DNA of 61,383 nucleotides from Chloroflexota bacterium (lineage in GTDB: Bacteria > Chloroflexota > Dormibacteria > CF-121): NCBI GenBank assembly GCA_005880615.1, contig VBID01000117.1:1-61383 (forward strand), given 5' to 3'. Shown here in pieces: positions 1-7,401 of the stretch; the stretch's first letter is position 1, and every line of letters begins with the position of its first letter. The position numbers and the translations under genes are program-made. A model generated the notes under the pieces. That model saw nothing but the letters and a program-made list of their open reading frames with translations, ran no database searches and had not been told where the DNA came from.

Positions 1-2
1 TC

Positions 3-167
3 AGCGTCACCGCCGTCCCCAAACAGACCAATGATCCCTTGACCATAGGCCGCCGGCCAGACGGGCATTTCACCAACGCGCTCATCGACGAGGTCGCGAT
101 CTACCCGACCGCCCTGTCCGCGGATCGGATCGCGGCGCACTGGCGGATCGCTTCGGCAGCGCGATAG
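3..167 (+). CDS. C-terminal fragment of a LamG-like jellyroll domain protein (5' part outside window)
   Basis: Frame 3 reads ...LTIGRRPDGHFTNALIDEVAIYPTALSADRIAAHW...* with TAG at 165-167; IDEVAIY..ALS...I..H is typical of LamG-like (Laminin_G_3) C-termini. Confidence 0.7.
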   Translation, partial: SVTAVPKQTNDPLTIGRRPDGHFTNALIDEVAIYPTALSADRIAAHWRIASAAR

Positions 168-199
168 CTTGCCGCCGGAGAAGAGGGCCGCAATGCGGA

Positions 200-403
200 T
201 TACTTTTTGATCCAGTTGCTGCCGCCGCCGGTGGCCGCCTCGATTTCGCGCTTGTGTTCGAAGGCCTCCTCCCGCGTCTGAAAGGTCATGAAGTGGCCGC
301 GCCCATGCAGCACATAGATCCCATCCGTATCTCGGGTGACCCTTAGCTCCGGGATATCGACGTTGTAGACCTGCCCGGAGTCGGTGGCCCGGAGTCGCGG
401 CAT
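200..403 (-). CDS. small hypothetical protein (67 aa)
   Basis: Protein-like composition; TAAACT -10 hexamer 6 nt upstream of ATG (leaderless pattern). Confidence 0.65.
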   Translation of the reverse strand: MPRLRATDSGQVYNVDIPELRVTRDTDGIYVLHGRGHFMTFQTREEAFEHKREIEAATGGGSNWIKK

Positions 404-417
404 GAGCCGAGTTTATA

Positions 418-1206
418 GTCCGGATCCACCGAGCGGACGAAGCAGATTGGGATGCGGGGCGTGCCGAGCCGAAGGGGGCGACGAGCACGTGAAGGAGCGC
501 ATCCGTCGATGCGTGACTAAGCGCGCGGAGGAGCCGACGCCCGGAGCCCGGGGCCGCCGGACGAACGAAGCAGATTGGGATGCGGGGCGTGCCGAGCCGC
601 AGGAGGCGACGAGCACGTGAAGGAGCGCATCCGTCAATGCGTGACTGAGCGCGCGGAGGAGACGACGCCCGGAGCCCGGGGCCGCCGGACGAACGAAGCA
701 GATTGGGATGCGGGGCGTGCCGAGCCGCAGGAGGCGACGAGCACGCGAGGGAGCGCATCCGTCGATGCGTGACTGAGCGCGCGCAGGAGCCGACGCCCGG
801 AGCCCGGGGCCGCCGGACGAACGAAGCAGATTGGGATGCGGGGCGTGCCGAGCCGCAGGAGGCGACGTGCACGCGAGGGAGCGCATCCGTCGATGCGTGA
901 CCGAGCGCGCGCAGGAGCCGACGCCCGGAGCCCGGGGCCGCCGGACGAACGAAGCAGATTGGGATGCGGGGCGTGCCGAGCCGCAGGAGGCGACGAGCAC
1001 GCGAGGGAGCGCATCCGTTGATGCGTGACCGAGCGCGCGCAGGAGACGACGCCCGGATCGGCCGCATCCGCGCCCAAGATGCGAGTTTGTGCCGGCGGCC
1101 TCGGGCTCAGGCCGCATCCGCGCCCAAGATGCGAGTTTGTGCCGGCGGCCTCGGGCTCAGGCCGCGTCCGCGCCCAGGATGCGAGTTCGTTTCGGTGGAT
1201 TCGGGC
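418..1206 (+). mobile_element. nested/tandemly amplified 177-bp MITE-like element (5 left arms of 128 bp, 3 right arms of 49-50 bp)
   Basis: 128-bp period with starts at 418, 546, 674, 802, 930; 50-bp period at 1061, 1111, 1161; outer IR GTCCGGATCCACCGA / TCGGTGGATTCGGGC; inner IR GCCCGGGGCCGCCGG / CCGGCGGCCTCGGGC; same family at 24673 and 31573. Confidence 0.85.
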
Positions 1207-3258
1207 TTACCCCGGCTGGTCGTCGACGCGACCGGTCAGGGTCGCCCGCAACAGGACGATGTATTCGGCGTGGGCCCAGACCAGGGGCCGGGCCGAGCCG
1301 GTCGGGGCTCCGGTCCCCTCCCAGACCTGCTCGGAGAGCAGCTGTTCCGGTCCCGCCCAGGCCTCGAGCTCCCGCACCAAGGGCGCCACGTCGTCACCGG
1401 CCAGCACGGCATACACCCCTCGCTCGCCTGAAAGCAGCGGCCACAGGTGCCCATGCCCGTCGGGCGGTCCGCCCAGTGTGCTCTCGCCGTAGCCATCGTG
1501 GGGGTACCGATACCACCCCGACCCGCTGCGGCTGTCGCCCCGGTCAACCGCATCCAGCACCGCCAGCGTGCTCCGGATCCGCGGGTCTGCCGGCGGCCGG
1601 ATGCCCAGCCGAACCAGCTCCAGGAAGCTGGGATCGACGATCAGCCGCTGATCGAAGGTGCCGCCCCCATTGGCGATGGTGAGCGGCTCATCCGCCGTGG
1701 GGTGGCCATCGGCGCTGATCCGCAGGTAATAGCCGCTGCCCAGGGGACCGCTGGTCACGTAGGTGAGGGCCTCCACTTGTGCATCCCACTGATCGGCCAC
1801 CGCCTGCCAGCGCGTCGCCTGGGCAGTCTGCTGCCCGGCTCGAGCCCATTGCGCGGCCGCCCGCAGGGCGGCGATCTCGGCCGCCATGGTGGCCGGCGAG
1901 TACCCGCTGTTCTCCTCCCAGCGCTCCTGCTCGGTGGAGGGGCCGCGGCGCAGCAGGTACTCCGCGGCAGCCGCGATGTCCGGCCCGCTCCCCGAGGCGA
2001 TCCGCGGGGCCAGGCGCACGGCCAGCAGGATGGCATCGGCGGTTTCGTCGAGCTGATCGCCCGTCCACTGCCGGCGGCCGTCCAGGTCCGTGTTCTGGGG
2101 CAGGCTGCCGTCCGCCAGCTGCTGGCTTCGCATGAAGTGGACCACATCCATGGCGGTCCGCTGGTCGCCGGCCGCCAGCAGACCGCTGGCCGCGTGGTAG
2201 AGGTCGCGCGGCCAGACCTTGCGGTAGCCGACATCCACCGGCGAGTCCAGAGTGGCGTTCCCCCAGGGAAGCGCGAGCGAGGCCACGATCGCGCCCGGTT
2301 GCTGCCGGTCCTCGGCGGCTTTGATGATCTCGGCGCTGTGGTAGTAGAGGGCAGTGGCCCGGCCGCCAAGCGAGTCGAGGCGGGCGGCATAGCGCAGCCA
2401 GCCGTCCCGATAGGCGGCGCCCACCGCTGCGAAGCCGGCCTTCAGGCTGTCCGTGACGCTGCCGTCGGCCTGCGCCTGGCTGCTGCCCATCCCTAACGCC
2501 ACCGTCCACTCACTGGCATTCGGCACCTCCCAGGTCAGCGTGATATGGCCGGGACCGGCGCGGTCATCCCGGTGCACGAGGTCGAAGTGGCGCAGCTCCT
2601 CGAACCCGTCGTTGACGCGCAGGTAGCCGGCCGTGTGTCGGGCCATCGTGGCCGTGCTTCCGACGGCCAGCCAGCGGTCGAGCCTGGATACGTAGGCGCG
2701 GTTCGGCGCGAACCAGCCGGTTTGCCCCCGTCCGCCATCGAGGAGATGCGGCACCAGGTACGCGTAAACGTGAAAACTGCGGGGCCCGATGTACTGGGTC
2801 TGCATGAGCACCACCGGCCGCGCCGGGTCGACGACAAATTCGGAGACCAGCACAAATCCATGGACCGGATCGGTCACGGTGGTCTGATACAGCAAGGCTC
2901 GGTCGTCGATGACCCGGCTGACCGCGAGGCCATCGCGCATGCTGTCGAAGAGGAAACTGGACCCGTCGGTGACCAGGTATCCGAACTGGCGCAGGTTGTC
3001 CTGGTCGACTCGGGGATAGAGGAGGTCAGCCAGGCCACCCCGGACCGCCGTGAACCAGAGGGGTGACGCCGGACTCTCCACTGCCGTACCGACGGCGACT
3101 TTGTCGCCGGTCGTCCAGACGTCCGCCGCGACCGAATGGCCGGGGGCGGTCGTGCCGGGCGACGGGGACAGGGGTGCCGTCAGCGCCAGGCTGACGACCC
3201 CCAGCCCCGCCAGCGCGCCTGTGCGTAGCAGCCCGAGCGGGTATCGACGCCGGCGCAT
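1207..3258 (-). CDS. secreted glucodextranase/glucoamylase-like glycoside hydrolase family 15
   Basis: Arg-rich signal peptide; Glucodextran_N-like start (KVAVGTA..SPLWFT..GGL.DL.YP); GH15 motifs WPRD, QERWEE, LSEQVW, PLVWAHAEY. Confidence 0.88.
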   Translation of the reverse strand: MRRRRYPLGLLRTGALAGLGVVSLALTAPLSPSPGTTAPGHSVAADVWTTGDKVAVGTAVESPASPLWFTAVRGGLADLLYPRVDQDNLRQFGYLVTDGSSFLFDSMRDGLAVSRVIDDRALLYQTTVTDPVHGFVLVSEFVVDPARPVVLMQTQYIGPRSFHVYAYLVPHLLDGGRGQTGWFAPNRAYVSRLDRWLAVGSTATMARHTAGYLRVNDGFEELRHFDLVHRDDRAGPGHITLTWEVPNASEWTVALGMGSSQAQADGSVTDSLKAGFAAVGAAYRDGWLRYAARLDSLGGRATALYYHSAEIIKAAEDRQQPGAIVASLALPWGNATLDSPVDVGYRKVWPRDLYHAASGLLAAGDQRTAMDVVHFMRSQQLADGSLPQNTDLDGRRQWTGDQLDETADAILLAVRLAPRIASGSGPDIAAAAEYLLRRGPSTEQERWEENSGYSPATMAAEIAALRAAAQWARAGQQTAQATRWQAVADQWDAQVEALTYVTSGPLGSGYYLRISADGHPTADEPLTIANGGGTFDQRLIVDPSFLELVRLGIRPPADPRIRSTLAVLDAVDRGDSRSGSGWYRYPHDGYGESTLGGPPDGHGHLWPLLSGERGVYAVLAGDDVAPLVRELEAWAGPEQLLSEQVWEGTGAPTGSARPLVWAHAEYIVLLRATLTGRVDDQPG

Positions 3259-3271
3259 CAAGCCACCGGTC

Positions 3272-4285
3272 TTACGTTTGTCGTCCTGTCGATCCTCGCA
3301 GGATTAGTTCGGTCCGCAACGGCTTGGGGGAATGGACCGCCTTGCCGGCGAGGCTTTCGATCAGCAGCCGGGCAGCCTGCCGGCCTTTTTCTGCGATCGG
3401 TTGGCGCACCGTAGTCAATCCGGGATGGGCCCAGGCTGCCATCGGCAGGTCATCGAACCCCACCACCGAGAGGTCCTCCGGGATGCGGACTCCAGCGTCA
3501 CGGGCCGCCGCCATCAGCCCCAGCGCCGCCATGTCGCTCATGGCCAGGACCGCGGTGGGCTTGCGGCGCGCCCGCCAGAGATTTCGAAACGCCTGGATGC
3601 CCGCCGCGAAGGTCACCCCGCCCGGGTCGACCGTGGGAGCCGGCACCCCGGCCGCGTCGATGGCCCCCCGGTAACCGGCCAGCCGCCGGGCACCGATGCC
3701 GAGCTGCGCCCGCTGGGGGCTGGTCCTGCCCAGTCCGATGACGGCGATCCGTCGATGGCCGAGCTCTAGGACATGACGAGCGGCCAGCGCGGCGCCGCCA
3801 AAGTCATCGACGTTCACGGTCGCCACCCCCGAGGGCGCCTCGGCGTCGATCAGGATCCAAGGAAGGCCGAACCGGGCAAGCGTCTCCAGCGCGGGGTCGC
3901 CGGCGTTGAGGCCGAGACTGATCACCCCGTCGACCGGAGCCCGTCCCACAGCGCTCTCCAGGGATCCGTTCAGGGGCGGAACCAGCAGCAGGGTCATGTC
4001 GTGCTGGGCGCACACCGCACCGATGCCCTGCAGCAGTTCGGATACAAACGGATTCGCAAACACGACCTCCAGGGGCTGGGGGGTGAGCAGCCCGATCGAG
4101 CCATGGCGCTTGGTCGAGAGCGAGCGGGCGGAGGGGTGGGGGGCGTACCCCAGCCGGCGAGCCGTGGAGAGGACCCGCGTGCGGGTCGCCACGCTCAGCT
4201 GCTCCGGCTGGTTGAAGGCAAACGAGACCGTCGTAGCGGAGACCCGGGCGGCCTTCGCCACATCCTGGATGGTGACCCGGCTCAT
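3272..4285 (-). CDS. LacI-family transcriptional regulator
   Basis: MSRVTIQDVAKAARVSATTVS HTH; VVGFDD and LTTVRQP motifs; ATG at 4285 overlaps the upstream permease stop. Confidence 0.95.
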   Translation of the reverse strand: MSRVTIQDVAKAARVSATTVSFAFNQPEQLSVATRTRVLSTARRLGYAPHPSARSLSTKRHGSIGLLTPQPLEVVFANPFVSELLQGIGAVCAQHDMTLLLVPPLNGSLESAVGRAPVDGVISLGLNAGDPALETLARFGLPWILIDAEAPSGVATVNVDDFGGAALAARHVLELGHRRIAVIGLGRTSPQRAQLGIGARRLAGYRGAIDAAGVPAPTVDPGGVTFAAGIQAFRNLWRARRKPTAVLAMSDMAALGLMAAARDAGVRIPEDLSVVGFDDLPMAAWAHPGLTTVRQPIAEKGRQAARLLIESLAGKAVHSPKPLRTELILRGSTGRQT

Positions 4286-5115
4286 CCCTTGACCCCGCCG
4301 ACCGTGAGCCCAGATCGGAAGTAGCGTTGGAGCAAGAGGAACAGGGTCATGATCGGGACGGAGACGATCAGGGCGGCCGAGGCGAAGTAGCCCCACGGGA
4401 TCCGGTAGTCGTTCTGCAGGCCCCACAGACCGACCGGGACCGTGTAGGTGTTCTCATCGGATAGCAGCGTCTGGGCCATCACCCACTCGTTCCAGCCTGT
4501 AATAAACATCAGCAGTGCGGTGACTGCCAGCGCCGGCACCGCCAGGGGCAGCGTCACCCGAAGGAAAGCCTGGGTCGGCGTGCAGCCGTCCATCAACGCG
4601 GCCTCATCGATCTCGTGCGGGATGGTGTCGAAATACCCCTTCAGGTTCCAGGCGGCAAACACCAGCGCCACCGAGACGTACGCCAGGATCAGCCCGAGCG
4701 GCGTGCCAACCAGGTGGACGAGCCGCAGGATGATGTAGATCGGGATCAGTGCCAGCACCGTGGGGAACGACTGGATGGCCAGCAGGAGGATCAGGGTCAT
4801 CCGCTTGCCGGCGAACCTGAACCGCGACAGGGCGTACGCCCCGGTGGCGGAGCCAACCAGCCCGGCGAACATGGTGGCAGTGCAGACGATCAGGCTGTTG
4901 CCCAGCCAGGTCGGGAACGGGATCTGGGTCAGGATGTAGTGAAAGTTGTCGAGGGTGGGGTGGTCTGGCCAGAGGCTCAGGGTCAGCGTGTACAGCGACT
5001 GCCCCGGCCGGACCGCGGCCTGGAGCACGAAAAAGACCGGGAACACGGCGATGACCAGCATCGCCACCAGGAAGGCGTGAATGAACAGGCTGGTCGCCAA
5101 CCGCCCTTGCCTCAT
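4282..5115 (-). CDS. malG: maltose/maltodextrin ABC transporter permease (MalG-like)
   Basis: EAA motif (IDEAALMDGCT), multiple TM helices, C-terminal GLTVGGVKG; likely start MRQGRL at 5115. Confidence 0.9.
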   Translation of the reverse strand: MRQGRLATSLFIHAFLVAMLVIAVFPVFFVLQAAVRPGQSLYTLTLSLWPDHPTLDNFHYILTQIPFPTWLGNSLIVCTATMFAGLVGSATGAYALSRFRFAGKRMTLILLLAIQSFPTVLALIPIYIILRLVHLVGTPLGLILAYVSVALVFAAWNLKGYFDTIPHEIDEAALMDGCTPTQAFLRVTLPLAVPALAVTALLMFITGWNEWVMAQTLLSDENTYTVPVGLWGLQNDYRIPWGYFASAALIVSVPIMTLFLLLQRYFRSGLTVGGVKG

Positions 5116-6023
5116 CGGGCTTCCTCTTCCACGAGGCGGGTAAACCGCAGACTGAACATGGTCACAGCGAAAAGGAGAGCAAACATAACTACAGCGAAGG
5201 CCGCGATGTATCCGAACCGAAAGAGCTGGAACGCCTGCCGGAAGGCGTAGATCATGACGAATTCGGTGGCGCCGGGCTTCAGCGCGCTGGTGAACGGCCC
5301 GCCCTGGGTGATCAGGTAGCCAGTGTTCAGGACCTGGAAGGTCAGGATCGCACTCAAGACCGCTGCCGGCAGGATGGCCGGCCGGAGGAGCGGAAGTGTC
5401 ACCCGCCAGAACCGCTGCCAGGCATTGGCCCCGTCGATCGCGGCCGCCTCTAGCAGCTCGAGGGGAATGCTCTGCAGCGCACCAAGGAATACGACCATAA
5501 AAAACGGGTAGGACATCCAGGTGTTGGCGATCACAATGGAGCCAAACGCCCAGGTCGGATCGCTCAACCACGGGAGTCCCGCCTTCGGGCCAAAGACGAC
5601 CCGCACCAGCTGGTTCAGCGTGCCGAACTGCTCGTTGAAGAAGAACTTCCAGATGAAGGCGGTGATATAGCTCGGGACCGCCCAGGGCACGATCAGGGAG
5701 ACGCGCCAGAACGCCTTCCAGCGGGTGAGCGGGTGGTTCACGGCCAGCGCGGTCAGCATCCCGAACAACAAGAAGAGCGGGATACAGATGCCGACGAACA
5801 GGAATGACTTGAACAGGACGATGAAGAAGTCGCCGTTCAGCGAGCTGAAGAGGGTGGCGTAATTGGCCAGCCCGATGAACTGGAAATGCCGGAAGTGGAA
5901 GAGGCTGCGATTCGTGAGCGAGACGTAGACGTTGTAGACGATCGGGAAGAGGCTGATCAGGGTGATGCCGACCAGCATGGGAGCGAAGTACGCCAGGATG
6001 GTTCGCGCAGGGACTCTATTCAT
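5112..6023 (-). CDS. malF: maltose/maltodextrin ABC transporter permease (MalF/MalC-like)
   Basis: EAAAIDGANAWQRFWRVTLP EAA motif; PWAVP; TM helices. Confidence 0.9.
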   Translation of the reverse strand: MNRVPARTILAYFAPMLVGITLISLFPIVYNVYVSLTNRSLFHFRHFQFIGLANYATLFSSLNGDFFIVLFKSFLFVGICIPLFLLFGMLTALAVNHPLTRWKAFWRVSLIVPWAVPSYITAFIWKFFFNEQFGTLNQLVRVVFGPKAGLPWLSDPTWAFGSIVIANTWMSYPFFMVVFLGALQSIPLELLEAAAIDGANAWQRFWRVTLPLLRPAILPAAVLSAILTFQVLNTGYLITQGGPFTSALKPGATEFVMIYAFRQAFQLFRFGYIAAFAVVMFALLFAVTMFSLRFTRLVEEEAR

Positions 6024-6029
6024 AGCGGG

Positions 6030-6066
6030 GTGTCCCGGAGGGCGGCCCAGCCGGCCTCCGGGACAC
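6030..6066 (-). terminator. intercistronic hairpin after the solute-binding protein gene
   Basis: GTGTCCCGGAGG...CCTCCGGGACAC 12-bp stem; typical mRNA-stabilising or partial-terminator position. Confidence 0.6.
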
Positions 6067-6074
6067 TGCTTCTC

Positions 6075-7331
6075 CTACTTCAGTTGTGCCACGTTCTTTT
6101 CCGCGGCCGTTTGCGCGTCGTCCATGGCCTGGTCGGCGCTTTCCTTCCCTGTCCATGCGGCCTCGAGGCCCTTCGAGACGGGATCCCAGAGGGCGGTCAT
6201 GTATGGCGTATTCGGCAGGGGCACCCCGTTGGCGACCTGGGCGCCAAAGGCGGCCACTTGCGGGATCGCCTTGACTTGAGGATCAGCGAGGGCAGCCAGG
6301 TTGGAAGGAATTTCCTTGTTGTCCAGGGCTTCCTTGATCTGATTGTCCTTGTTGCTGAACCACTTCAAGATGTCGACGGCCAGGGGCACGTTCTTGGCGT
6401 TGGCCGAGACCATCATGGTCTTCACCCCCACGAACGGCGACGCCGGCTTGCCGGTACTGGAAATGGTGGGCAGCGTCGTGATGCCATAATCGACCCCAGC
6501 CTTTCCATAATCGGACACGGACCAGGGGCCGTTGATAATCATGGCCGCCTTGCCATCCTTGAACAGCTGATCGGCCGTCCCATAATCGGGCTTCCCCGGG
6601 AACACCGACTTGAAGCTGTCGATGTACTTGACAGCATCCTTGGTCCCCTGCTCTTTCAGGCCGACGGTCCCGTCGGCCTTCACGTAGAAGCCCCCAAACC
6701 CGTACACCCAGGGAGCCTGGAAGTAGGCGTCGTTGAAGGCGTTCCACACGATGCCGTACTGGCCCGGGTGGCTCTGCTGGTACGTCTTGGCGAAGGTCAG
6801 GAGGTCAGTGGTGGTCTTTGGGATATCGCTTTGCTGGATGAGCTTCTTGTTGTAGATGAGCGAAATGGCCTCCACCGTCTCGGGCAGTCCGTAAATCTTG
6901 TTGTCGAAGGTGACCGCCTCGACTGCTGGCTTGCTATAGGTCGAAGTCAGAAAGTCCTTCGAGACCTGGTCGTCGAGCGGCTTAATGATCTCGAGCTTGG
7001 CCATCTTGCCGACCCAGTCATCAACCCAGGCGATGATATCGGGACCCTGGCCGGCCGGAACGGCCGCGGTGACCGCCGTGTCAAGGGTCGGCTTGTGGAC
7101 CAGCTGGATTGTTACGCCGGGGTATTTCGCCATGTAGGCGTCGAAGATCGCTTTCTTGGTGTCGAGGTAACTCCCCTCCCACCCATGCCAGATCGTGATC
7201 GTGCCGGTTCGATTGATACTGGCGGACGGCTGGGTCGTGCCGGTGGTTCCCCCGCACGCCGCCAGCGCCATGCTGACCGCGGCGCCCAGGGCCAGCACGC
7301 CGACCGTTCGCTTTCGCACTGCGTCGAACAT
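6075..7331 (-). CDS. malE: maltose/maltodextrin ABC transporter substrate-binding lipoprotein
   Basis: Lipobox LAAC; GQGPDII, AMIINGPW, PFVGVK and PLPNTPYM..LW MalE-family motifs. Confidence 0.9.
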   Translation of the reverse strand: MFDAVRKRTVGVLALGAAVSMALAACGGTTGTTQPSASINRTGTITIWHGWEGSYLDTKKAIFDAYMAKYPGVTIQLVHKPTLDTAVTAAVPAGQGPDIIAWVDDWVGKMAKLEIIKPLDDQVSKDFLTSTYSKPAVEAVTFDNKIYGLPETVEAISLIYNKKLIQQSDIPKTTTDLLTFAKTYQQSHPGQYGIVWNAFNDAYFQAPWVYGFGGFYVKADGTVGLKEQGTKDAVKYIDSFKSVFPGKPDYGTADQLFKDGKAAMIINGPWSVSDYGKAGVDYGITTLPTISSTGKPASPFVGVKTMMVSANAKNVPLAVDILKWFSNKDNQIKEALDNKEIPSNLAALADPQVKAIPQVAAFGAQVANGVPLPNTPYMTALWDPVSKGLEAAWTGKESADQAMDDAQTAAEKNVAQLK

Positions 7332-7401
7332 AAGCCTTCCCTCGCTTTTGTGAATTCCGTTCTGTCGGTGTCTCGTTAGCGCTCCCGAAGCCTTACCCCC
7401 A

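Noticed and set aside
418-1206. CRISPR array
   Set aside because: Units are 128 bp and near-identical along their full length, with no unique spacers and no cas genes in the window
384-1682. Multiple ORFs overlapping the repeat (for example 413-1117, 575-772, 964-1431)
   Set aside because: The 128-bp and 50-bp periods are not multiples of 3, so the same peptide rotates through frames; these are by-products of a GC-rich non-coding repeat
4286-5571. ORF-track N-terminal extensions of LacI (to 4426) and MalG (to 5571)
   Set aside because: They overlap upstream genes; family homology starts at the ATGA-coupled starts 4285 and 5115
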